NCBI GenBank assembly: GCA_964057225.1
Contig: OZ059895.1
Coordinates: 8,308,001-8,372,000, forward strand
Direction: 5' to 3'
DNA: 64,000 nucleotides
DNA from: Auanema rhodensis
Lineage: Eukaryota; Animalia; Nematoda
In this document: positions 38,301 through 50,306 of the stretch, one piece after another
Layout: every line of letters begins with the position of its first letter
Position numbering within the stretch: position 1 is the first letter of the stretch
Notes under the pieces: generated by a model
The model's input: only the letters and a program-made list of their open reading frames with translations
What the model was told of the DNA's origin: nothing
The model's database searches: none
Made by a program: the position numbers and the translations under genes

Positions 38301-40380
38301 ATTGTTAAGTTTTTTCCTGCTTGACCACTGCAGTTTACGATTTAATCCGAGCCTCTCTCGTGTCCGTAAACAAATCTCTTTGCTCCCTGCCTTATGCATT
38401 CTATCTAACCCATTCATGTTTCATTTAAGCTGCCAAGTTATAAATATTCAAATCTTTTTCCTGTTTTCAAATTTTTTTACTTTTCAGACATACCGTACTT
38501 TGCTGCGAGGAGTTTTGTCGTATCACATTTTGCACCCGATCAGGAAAAGTCTCCTTAGCATTCATCACAATGCTTTTTATTTATATTATATTTTTAAGTA
38601 AGTTCTTCCTTTTTATTTCCTGTTTCTTCTATTTCTCATGGATTTTCACAGTGCTTCCCTGAAATCTTTGAATGTTTAAATTTTGCAAAAAAATGTGAAA
38701 ATTCAACCGCTGTTTCGCATCCAACATTTAAAATGAGCTTCTAATGTTTATAAAATTTTAAATATTGGCAACTGAAATCGTGGAAATATCAAATAACGTT
38801 GCCCTTAGTAGCGTAAGATTCATTAATTATGAGAATAACAAAACAAATTTAAAAAATGAAAATGAAATTATTAAAACGAAAGTAATTTTCAGCTATATCA
38901 ACAGTTCCGCCGTCTATGTCTTTACCAGATATGGCTGATGCTGGCCCCAGACCGGGTATAAACACAAAGAGGTTTGCTTTCACCAATAAGATAATCTCAT
39001 TTTATTGATGTTTTAGAGCTACAAAAATTCTATCAGATTTATGCGATGCCTATGACAAAGGTCTAGTTACTGGTGACTCGTGTAATCGGTTGTGTTATTC
39101 AAGAAATTGGGTTGTAAATGATTTTTATGAAGGACATAAGGTTCAATTTTGGTCTTTTTTTAATGAAAAACTATTTTTTATTTTCAGGTTGTAGTTGTAT
39201 TAAAAGATGGAGGACAATTAGCAGTTTATAAGAGTTCTCATGCCTCCTATCAAGAGTTTGATACACCTGCTCTTCACATGTCAGATGCTGAGTTCAGTGA
39301 TAAGGTTAATTACATTATCAGTGGAAAGGAATTTTATACTAATTCTTTTAGGTTCTCGATCTTATTAATGATCAGTTGGGGTTAGGGTGGCCAAGAGAAT
39401 ACAAAAAGCATTTAATGGAAACTCTATGGCCTACTTTACTGAGGTAATTCTTATTCCACTTTATAAAGCTTACCCATTTTTCGTCTAGAACTCCTGGAGA
39501 TTCTTTGTCAGAAGCTGATCGACATTCACTTTGGACATTGCTGCAACAGCCTGAGTTTATTATTTTTAGATTGTTACCGCTAACGAGAGTAACTCCAAAG
39601 GTAAAGCCTTAAATTTGTTACTTATAATGTAGTTTTTTTTTTATTTGTAGCTTATTGGTACCTGTGGTAATTTCTATCAAACCGAGTCATTAATTGCTTT
39701 TCGAATGAAAAAGTATTATGTTAATCTTAAGGCATGTTTTAATTTAATTATTAATCTATTTTTATATTTCTTTTTTAGGGTAAAATCTTAGTGCATATTA
39801 TGGGAACTATGAAGTTATTGTACGAGTTTTTGAACGATCCCCTTCAATGGTGTGATGTTCGATTTGAAAATTTAGGTCTTTCTGCAGACTATCCTAAAAG
39901 GTAAGATATGAAACCAATAATTATATATAAATTTATCATATAATAGGTTTGTTCTTATGGATGCTGATGATGTCTATACGGAATCCAAGCTAAATTCTCT
40001 TCTAAAGGTATGTTTCTTCTCTTTATTCTTTTTTTATTTTTTCTTCATTTTCATCTTCTAAATATAAAAATTCTTATAGGGACGACCATGTGCAAGTGAT
40101 TCTGATTGTGCAATAGGAGATTGTACGGGGCGGTGCTTAGACACTATGACTTGTTCAGTTCGAGTAAATTCAAACTTAGAGGTAAATTTTTTTTCTTTTT
40201 TTTTGCTATTATCTTTGTTTTATTTAGGTTTTATGTGACAAATTAGTTAGAAAATTGTATTCGACCACTTGGCCCAAAAATAACCATTATCTTGCTGCTT
40301 GCAACGACCCGTCTTTGAATGTAACTCAAAGATTAGCGGATCTTCGATTAGCGTGGTCATGGAATTTACCTGATGTTTAA
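35341..40380 (+). CDS. Divergent protein kinase domain 1 (FAM69/DIPK1) family type II membrane protein; alternative first coding exons 35341-35412 or 35957-36022
   Basis: TM SLAFITMLFIYIIFL; FAM69 N-terminal Cys motif LCDAYDKGLVTGDSCNRLC; ADRHSLWTLLQQPEF; kinase-like WCDVRFENLG and VLMDADDV; Cys cluster CASDSDCAIGDCTGRC..NSNLEVLCDKL; stop at 40378-40380. Confidence 0.9.
36180..38460 (-). other. Decayed coding-like sequence in the 2.3 kb DIPK1 intron (possible transposon or viral relic)
   Basis: Higher complexity than typical introns here, purine-rich minus strand, short broken reading frames, no recognisable domain. Confidence 0.25.
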
Positions 40381-40833
40381 CCTATTTTTCGTTTTTATGT
40401 TAGTTACGATTGAAATTATGTGTTTATGTGGATTAAGATTTTATCCACTAACATGTATTTCAGCCACATTACGGGTTCCTATTTAGGTTTATCATTCACT
40501 GTGGGTATTCAAACCTGTACTATCTTTGTTTTCCTCTTTTTTTTTCTTTCTTTCAATCTGCCTCAATAATGTTTTATTTGTGTTGTTTATAGCTAATAAC
40601 TTAATTAATTTATATATTAGAAAACGTAATATTTTCACCATGTACAGGTGAATGAAGATTTTTATAATTCATTACTTTTAATTTAAATTGTGTTTTATAA
40701 CCGTGAGCGGGGCTAAAGCTTTGTTTATAAGAGGAGTGCTATAGTGTTTATGAGAATTCTAAATACGGTTGTATGGGACTATTAAATTTCAGATGCTACA
40801 AACGTTTCATAGGATACACCTGGTACCTGGACC

Positions 40834-43761
40834 ATGGAGCCTCAAGCTCATGAGAAGTCTCCAAAAAAGGTTATCCAGACGAAAATTTTTTATTTCTTGA
40901 CCTTTACAAATCTTTTACTATTATCTGTATTGTATTCCACTGCTCACATCCGGATTTCGGTAAGATTCTTTCTTTGGCCTAAATCAACTTGTGTCAACTT
41001 TCTTGTCTGATGGGCCAGTAGTAAGGTTTATTATTTTAATCGTTCAGAATCTAACATCAAACGGGTGTTCAACTAGCTCTCGTAATAAACGTTCGTCTCG
41101 TGTTAAAGAATTGCCCACAGATCTTGAAGATTATACGATTATTATCGGACAAGACACTATAATTCCGGTGCAAGCATAAATTGTAATATCTTATAACATT
41201 CATTTTTGTTTAAGAAATCTATACTTGATAAGTCTTGCTCTCGCGTTCACCGGTTTTGTGCTGATGAGGGAATGAAGTTGATGGGTTTCCAGGGTCCTAG
41301 AGGAGATCCTGGACCCCCAGGACCAGTGGGTCCACCAGGTAGAAGAGGCCCAATGGGAAATGTTGGACCTTCGGGTCTTGTGGGGGATGCTGGAGAGATA
41401 GGAGGGCCAGGAGCTCCTGGTATTATCATTATTTTAAAATTCAAAAAATTTATACTTGTGCAGGAAAATGTAATTGCTCTTTTCCTGATATGTATGTTCA
41501 TCGTGTTCCTATTCCCGGACCACCAGTTATCCAGGTGAATAGTATCTGCTCATCTTTCTAATTCTCAAAGTTTTTCTTCAGATTGAAGAAAAAATGGTTC
41601 CTGTTCCTGTTGTGGTTGTAAAGGAAGTTGAGGTCACTAGGCTGGTACCTTTTGAACCAACACCCCCTGGTTTTGGGCCTCCTCCTGGGTGGTCTCCTGG
41701 CATGCCGCGTCCCGATTTGTCTCGAACAAGAAAACTTCCAAGATTCTCAACTGTATCTACTCCTGTTCCAACCAAACGTCGTCGTACCACAACAGCTTCG
41801 CCTATCGACAAACCGTTACTAAGTTAGTTTAACGATTCAATTAAACACAAAATAATGTTATGATTATTCTAAATTGAAATCATTCCATATTGTTTCAGCC
41901 GTAAATGGAACAGTCTTGTTTGGCAACATGACTGATGATTTTGGTATTTACAGCAATATAACAACTCCGCAACCTTATACAGGTCCTCCAACACTTGGCT
42001 ATAATCAGAGAGGTTTGTTTGCTAAAGTGTTTATTTCTCTCACAGTTTTTGAACTTATTATGCTTTTCTTATCATGTAAGAACAAATAGCATCACCAAAT
42101 CTCTTTTTCAGAATGCTTACTGGCTGCAGTTGGAATACCTGTTCTTCATGCTGAGTCACAATATGGGAAAGTAATAGCAACTCTTCTTTCATCGCGAATT
42201 TATTGTTTTGCTAGGTTGGTTCATGGATGCGTGATTCCAATCCTTCTTCTGGTTCAATGGCTGAGAAAAGATGGGTTACGGATGGTTTTGCTTCTCCTGT
42301 ACTCTATGAATATGAGAATGAAAAGCAAATGATGAATAAAGTTCAAAAGATTAAGTAGACTACTTACAATATCTGAGAGATTAAGTATGCGTTTTAGATA
42401 TTACGTAGATTATCTTGCTTCTGGAACCGGAAACCTCATTTACAATGGATCTTACTATTACCATAAACACGGAACTACCTCATTAGTCAGGTAATTACAG
42501 AAATTTTTGAATATTTAGACTTCCATTTCTGTATTTTCATTTGTTTTCATAGTATTTACCCATTTACCCACTACATTCTAGATATGATCTTGATACTACT
42601 GATCAAATTGAGTCCGAACTAGGTGAAATTGCTCATATAGATTGTGGTCGTTTACCAGATCACACTTTTGAAGTATTATTTCTAGTATAGTAAACTATCT
42701 TACTCTTTTGATTTAGTATTGTAATTCTTCGGATAGGCATCCTTGGCTATATAATCGAGCTCATAACTATGTAGACTTTGCTGTAGATGAAAATGGATTA
42801 TGGGTTATCTATATGCGCGAAGAGTCTGAAGCCCTAGTCGTCAGCAAGATTGAACAAGTTAGTTTTTCTTCTTGAATTTCTCTGATAAGCATCTATTACA
42901 AACAATAATCCGTAAGGACTGTTTACATTAGACTCACCCTGGTGTCAATGCTGCAAAGTTGTCGATTTTAGAATTTCCATGTCGTTCAAACATGGGAGCT
43001 TGCTGAAGTCAATGGCACAGATATCGCAGATGCTTTTATTATGTGTGGAGTGCTATATGGCTTGAAAAGTGCAACAGATCGTGATACTTACATATCCTTC
43101 GCATATGATCTCTATAGGTTAGTAAAGTTCTATTTCAATTCGAAGAAAAATACTTTCAAAGTTTTTTTTTTCTAATTATAATAGTCTTAGAAATAAAATG
43201 TTATCCTCTATGAAGGATATTGCTTCATTAGCATTTTCACAAATGTTTGGCTTGTTATCATAAAACATTGTTTTTCTTTCTTGTAATCAACAAATTTTCC
43301 GCGTTTCGATTTTTTTGATTTCGTATCTTTGGCTGTACGCCAAAGTATAATTAATTTTTTTCTCATTTTTTTAGTGTAATTGTTTCCTTGAAAGCTATTG
43401 TTCTAATGATTGATCATGAGAATGCCATTCAACCTAAATCTCAAATAGATATGATCTTTAAAATGTTATTTTGAATCAAAAAACATTTACTATTACCATT
43501 TTATATTGATAAAACATCATTGATGATGTACATATATACGATATAATTGTGACATCAATTTTTGAGTCATGATCATATGTTAATTCCAAAATTTACAGAA
43601 ACGAATCGATTCCTGGTCAAGTATCTTGGTATAATCCATACCGTGGCTTGACAATGCTTCATTTCAATCCTGTCGACAATCGTCTGTACTTTTTCGATGA
43701 TCGTCGTCTACTCTCGGTGAACGTTCGTTTTGAAGAAAACGATGCTGATTATGTGGACTAA
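40834..43761 (+). CDS. cof-2: Colmedin (type II TM, collagen repeat, Pro-rich linker, olfactomedin domain), cof-2-like
   Basis: [27 protein letters not shown], furin-type site RNKR, Gly-X-Y run [19 protein letters not shown], olfactomedin motifs [57 protein letters not shown]; cof-2 rather than unc-122 is from recalled N-terminal similarity. Confidence 0.8.
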
Positions 43762-44099
43762 TTATTTCTACTGCCTTTCATTGAAAGCGTATTATGCACT
43801 TAATCTTCGTTTTCCTGAACATCTCAGTTCATATAATGACAATTTGAAATCATACTGCTTTTTGAGGTAGCAGACTTGGGATAATTCTTACGTTTTCACT
43901 CTGATTCTCATAGTAGTCAAAGTTTTTCATGTCCTGTATAACAAGTAGTGATAATGAATCAGACTTGATGTTCCCATTGTGTTTAAAATGTGCGTATACA
44001 TTCATAGTTTAGTTTTTATGGACATATATGAGTAGCTGTTTATACTTCTGTCAGTTAATTATTAAGATCGTTTTGTTCTATATGTTACCTAGGTTCTAT

Positions 44100-45500
44100 T
44101 TATGATCCCTTGTGATGTTACAAGAGTTATTACATAAGAAACGACTAAATTTGCTGTTAACTTCTCCTTTGGGTCGTATTCCTTGATTTTCTCTCATTTT
44201 TCCCATAAATTTTCGTGTGTCCTGGTACCTCTTTCTTGCCATTTTTAGGTTCTATTCGGTATGTCTCTATATGTCTTCAATGTCACCCGATTCCTTGTTG
44301 AAATGACTAGCTCCTCCTTCACATGACCTTAGTTTTTCTCTGTGCGTTTTCTTCCTCTACTGTTTTTCTCTAAACCAAATTACAACCAAAAATGGTTATG
44401 TACTATATGTCCTTACTGTCCTCGTCACTCTCATGTCCAACCATTCTATGCATGCCTGGAAGCGTTTTGAATTTGTTTTCCCTACTTGTACGTTTAATTC
44501 TTTGAAATGGCAATAATAACCACTCAACCATCTGATTTGTTCCGTTTTCTAATAGTATTATCTATATAATCTGTACATCATAACCATAGCTTTTTTAGAT
44601 TTACAGAATTGTTTCATTCTGATATTTTAGTTTTTAATCGTGTATGCTGTCCTGTTTCTTTTATACATTAGTTACTCATCACTATCTTAAACGATGTTCT
44701 TTGTCCTCGTTAACGAATAAATGTTAAATGTTGTTGTTTTAAGGTTATTGCTCATACGATGTTACCGTCATATCTGCATTAGCTGTGCCAGAATTACAAT
44801 TCTTCAGCTTATCCCGCTCTCTTATGTTTTCATGGTGTTTGGTCATTTATATATTGAAATAGTGTCATTCTTTAGCTTGAGGCTCTTGGCGCCTAAATTG
44901 AAGGAATGACCTGTAATCCCGCCTTTGCAATCCATTGCCCGATGATCTTAGCATTTTGTACTGTATCACTGCTGGTTTCCGCTATCATTTTCGCTTTAGT
45001 ATATCTAAAGTCACCCCATTTCTCATTCCAACGCTTGAGAACTTTTTTTGTTTAAGTATGGCTACAGTTCTATCATAGGTATTTTTTTGCAAATATTCCA
45101 AGTTCTTACATGTCATTTATCTTCAACTTCAATGTATTTTGCATGTTGAACTATTTGGGACTTCGTTTTATTTGTTAGAAGATTAACAGACATATGGTCA
45201 GGCGTTTGAAGATGACAGCATTCAAGTCTGTTGTCTCCAATGTTTTTGCTATCCATCCTTTGATCCAGTGATCCATCTGTTTAGTTGGCGTTCATTTCAT
45301 TCTTGTGTTTATCTCATCGAATAATAAATTGGCTTATAGGCTGGTGATGATTTTAATCTCTGCCGTTCTGTCTATGTGGGCTATCTTCTGACCTTTCAAT
45401 CTATCTTTCTCAAGTTCGGTGACTTCTCATCAATCTGCTTCTCATCCTTCAGTTTCGTATCAATTCCTCTTAATTCTCCGAAATTAATTGTCATCATATA
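44100..45500 (-). other. Decayed coding-like intergenic segment between cof-2 and sqv-4 (possible transposon or viral relic)
   Basis: Complex, microsatellite-free, minus-strand purine-rich, fragmentary frames such as AETSSDTVQNAKIIGQWIAKAGLQVIPSI; no splice structure. Confidence 0.25.
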
Positions 45501-45845
45501 AAATGATATATATTCCTATTATCCAAATATTTTTTGTCTCATGTTATTTGTCTGTACAGTTTTTTTAAATATCAATTCACCTAAAAATGTGTCATTTCAC
45601 ACTAAAATCGACGTATATTTAAACAGATTGAAGCATATAAAAGTGGATTCACGTGTCAGTATATTTGGCATACAGCTTGAGCTTGTGCGCCTAATTGAAC
45701 GATTCTTTATTTTATTTCCTATTTGTTTTCTCTTGTTGTTGTCAAGCTGTGATGTTCTTCCTCGTTTTCTTCCCTTTTTATCTCTGTTGAATAACAATCT
45801 TTCAGACTCTTGATCTCACATTTGGTAAGCCTTATATAGGTAAAT

Positions 45846-47766
45846 ATGGTCTTCAATAAGGTACAATTTTACTGTATTTTCTAATAACTCTTTTGATTTC
45901 TAGGTAGAAAAGATTTGTTGTGTCGGAGCTGGATATGTTGGTGGTCCAACATGTGCCATGATTGCCCACAAATGTCCCGATATTCAGGTTACTTCAAGCC
46001 TATGATTTTCATATAGCCACGTTTTTACAGGTTACCGTTGTGGATATGAACAAGCCCAAAATTGATGAATGGAACTCTGATAAGCTTCCAATCTATGAAG
46101 TAAGTAACAGTATTTAGTATTTCTGCAATATATATGTTGATTTAGCCTGGACTTGATGAAATCGTATTCTCTGCTCGTGGGCGTAATCTATTCTTCTCTA
46201 CTGATGTTACCAAGGCAATTCGCGAGGCTGATCTCATCTTTATTTCTGTTAATACCCCTACTAAAATGTATGGACGAGGAAAGGGAATGGCTCCAGATTT
46301 GAAATATGTTGAATCTGTGGCACGTACTATTGCTGAACATGCTGGAGGGCCTAAGGTTAGCTAGTACATGAGAATGAAGATAAGAATGTTTTGACTTAGA
46401 TCGTCGTTGAAAAGAGTACTGTTCCTGTCAAGGCTGCTGAAAGTATTGGATGCATTCTCCGTGAAGCCCAGAAAAATAACAGTACTCTTGTTTTTGAGGT
46501 AATTCAGTATCAGAAATGAAAGCTTATTCACTTATTATTCAATAGGTATTGTCTAACCCAGAATTTCTTGCCGAGGGAACTGCCATTAGTGATTTATCTA
46601 ACCCAGACCGTGTTCTTATTGGTGGTGAAACAACGGAAGAAGGTATGCTTATCTGATTTGTTGAAACTTTATTTCAAAATATTTCAGGATTGGAAGCCGT
46701 TTCTCAGCTTGTACGTGTATATGAACGTTGGGTTCCCCGTGACCGTATTATTACCACTAACACTTGGAGTTCAGAATTAACCAAGTTGGTATGTCAAACA
46801 TCTTTTTTCCCTGATAATTCTTGCTAATCAGGTTGCTAATGCATTCCTTGCTCAACGTATCAGCTCCATTAATGCTGTTTCTGCTATCTGTGAAGCCACT
46901 GGAGCTGATGTTAGCGAAGTTGCCCATGCTATTGGTCATGATTCAAGAATTGGCTCTAAGTTCTTGAAGGCTAGTGTTGGTATGTTTAGAACACTCTGCT
47001 GTAATTATTATCCTAATCAATAGGATTTGGTGGAAGTTGTTTCCAAAAAGACGTTCTCTCCCTTGTTTATCTTTGCGAGTCTCTCAACTTGAAGAAAGTT
47101 GCTGATTACTGGATGGGCGTAATCGAGATAAATGATTGGCAACGCCGCCGTTTTGCTGATAAGATTATTGCCGAGCTTTTCAATACTGTTACTGATAAGA
47201 AAATTTGCATTTATGGCTTCGCTTTCAAGAAAAATACTGGAGATACTAGGTAGAAGATGTGGTCTATCAGATCTCACCGTAATTTCAGAGAATCTTCTGC
47301 TATTCACGTTATCAAGCATTTGATGGAAGAGCACGCTCGCATCTCTGTTTACGACCCAAAGGTCTCATTGAATCAAATCAAGTGGGAGCTTGAGCAAGTT
47401 TCTGATTCTGCTGCCGGTTAGCTAAACTTTATATTTCTATGCGTACATTAACTTTTTATAGTTGAAAAGTTGATTACCGTTCACCACGATCCTTATGAGG
47501 CTGCTGATGGAGCTCACGCTATCGTTGTTCTCACCGAGTGGGATGAGTTCAAGGATTATGATTACAAGAAGATTCACGAAACCATGCATCGTCCAGCTGC
47601 TATCTTTGATGGTCGCTTGATCCTTAACCAGAAGCAGCTTCGCGAAATCGGTTTCCGAACCTTTGCTATCGGTAAAATCGTTATGACCAGGCTTTGATTT
47701 ATGTTCTACATTTCAGGAACTGCTCCCGATCAAGCTTACAACTTGTTTGGTCAAAGTGGTTATTAA
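45846..47766 (+). CDS. sqv-4: UDP-glucose 6-dehydrogenase
   Basis: [21 protein letters not shown] (Rossmann fold), [36 protein letters not shown], catalytic [19 protein letters not shown], ends NLFGQSGY*; TTTCAG acceptor 40 nt upstream of ATG. Confidence 0.97.
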
Positions 47767-48133
47767 ATGGTCGGTAAATATCTGTCATTTATCATCGTGA
47801 TTTGCAGCTGTGATGTTTTAATTTTGAAAAGTTATAATATATGTCATGTTTTATCATCGTAATAATTAGCATATTTTACCTTACTCTCAAGTTTTTAAGT
47901 ATTAATTACGGCTGTTTTATACAAGTTTTATGAAATAATAAATTTTTTAATTTTTATTCTTTTCATAATAATACATAAGAAATAAAAAAATAATTTGATT
48001 GTATACATATGAAGCATCGTTCGTAACCGGAACATATTTTGTTTAGTTAATACGTAGAAATATATCTTTTATGGAATGTTTGTATCAACAGGAATAATTA
48101 GACGAATTGTAAATGTTAAACAATTTGAACGAA

Positions 48134-50306
48134 TTAACCAAACATGTTAAAAATTGATTGGAAAATTCCGCCATTTGATTTGTTCGAGGAGGATGTAGAC
48201 CTCTGCAAGCCACAGCTGGCACAACATGTTCTGCCAGTAATGATGTCACATCGGAAAATTCCACGTTGAACGAGAGTAGGACAGAAATTTGGGAAAACAT
48301 CAGTGCATTCTAAAGATGTTTCATAGCTAGTAAACATTGAAGCTTCTAATAAATACCTTTGTCTTCCTCTGAATGTGAGTTGGGAGGCATTGTGACTGGG
48401 GGAAGTCCAGAAAAATCTGGTTGATCAGTATCAGTTACACGAACGAGATCAGTCTAAAACTTGACTAATGCTGGATAAAAGTTGCAAGCTCAAACCTGTC
48501 CATCAAAATCTTTACCCATACACTTGTCACATCCATACAACAAGCAGATTTTACGATAATCACTAGGTGAAGCATCACGCTGGTGTCCAATTACTTTCTA
48601 AACTTTGACAATAGAATTTTTGATTTTGAAGATGATTTAACCTGGTAAATCGGATTTTTAGTTTTCATACTTATCTTTCCTCGCTTAGCAAAAGCTGTCT
48701 CAGCATAATGCATGACGGAAGTATAATCATATGGAACATCATATGTAGTAGATTCAGATTTTGATATTTTCTCAAATTGACTAGCGTAAGCTAAAAGAAC
48801 AGAACTTAACTATTCATGAATTTTTGTGTTTTTTTTTTTCAAAAGATACAAGTGTATCTTGTGGGTGTCCGAAGTTCATCGCACAGGATCAAACCATATG
48901 AATATACTTACAAGGTTCAATATTTTCATAAATAACTGATATGAAATCATCTCGATCATATCGCATATGTTCATGCCATAATCCTATACTATGCATTAAC
49001 TCATGCATAACTATATCAGTTTCAATACAACTAAAATTAAATTTTAAAAAAAGATTTAAGATAGATTTCCTTGTATCACTTACGTAGCAGCATCATTCGA
49101 TTCTAACATGACAACATTGGAACCAGGCATTCTTCCAACATTGGTATAACATCTGATATAATTTATATTTAATAATATAATTAAATATAAAATTACCCTT
49201 CATATCGTTCATTTTTAATATTTATATAATCTCTTTCATTTCCACGTTTTTTAAATCGAAGACATGTATTATTCTCAAGTCTTGACATTGCTTCACTAAT
49301 AATCTTTTTTTCGTAATTATCTAAAAATAATATTTAATAAATTATATTATAATATTAATAATAATAATAATATTTACCATATAATCCTGTTATAATATAT
49401 GGTATTACAAAATTATTATTACTATCTCGATACATAGTCCATTTTAAATCCGAATTTCTTGGTAAAGCATTATACATAACATCTTTGCTAAAACGTAAAC
49501 TAATCTTAAGAATAAGAAATATATATTCATAATATTATAATTATAATATTATGAAACATACCCTCTTGTTTGACTTCGTAATTGTACAACATCTCCTCCA
49601 TTTTGTGAAAAAATATCAATTCGTTTACCCTGAAAAATAGTTATTTTATCCAAAAAATATAGTTATAATAGTAATTAAGTTATGTTAATTACTAATAAAA
49701 AGATTTTTATTTTAAAATAAAAGTTTATTTCCTTTTTTTTTAAAATAAATCTCTTCTAATGGTTAATGTCTATAGTTTTATGAATAAGTTCGATCCAAAT
49801 ATAGATTATAATATAGTTTATATAGTTTATTTTTTTTCTTCAAATAAATTTTTATTTTTAAATATTTTATAGAATTTGATTTTCAAATTTCAATTTTTAT
49901 TTCTTTTCATACTGTAAATGAAAATTTGGTATAAAGAAGATAAGATTTAATATTTCAAAAAGAAATTTTCATTTTTAAAATAAAATTTTGAATTTGAATT
50001 TATATTTTTCAAATAGAATATTACATATTATTATCCAAATTTTCCTTTATATTCTCATCTTTAGATTTTAAATTTTCGTTTTTTTATTTGTTCAGCAATG
50101 TAACAAGCATATTCCAGGGGAGTGTTCAGAAGACAAAAAAAAAAGGGAAAGAAAAAGAAAATATGTTTTCTTAAGAAATATCAGATAATATATAATATAC
50201 ATTTATATATTATATTATTATATTTATAATAAAAACTAACCCGAGCATAACTATACGGTATTTGGCATAATGCCACAAATATTATACTAGATAATAAAGT
50301 ATTCAT
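48134..50306 (-). CDS. Astacin (M12A) zinc metalloprotease with C-terminal ShK-like domain (nas family)
   Basis: Signal peptide MNTLLSSIIFVALCQIPYSYA; zinc motif HELMHSIGLWHEHMRYDRDD; Met-turn YDYTSVMHY; 6-Cys tail CTDVFPNFC..C..TCCASC; specific nas paralog not assigned. Confidence 0.93.

Noticed and set aside
41247-41811. Antisense Gly/Pro-rich ORFs
   Set aside because: Shadow frames of the cof-2 collagen and Pro-rich exons
45800-45830. TLDLTFGK frame resembling the SQV-4 N-terminus
   Set aside because: No ATG and no phase-0 donor after it; MVFNK at 45846 splices correctly
47017-47334. 105-aa minus-strand ORF
   Set aside because: Antisense shadow of sqv-4 exons
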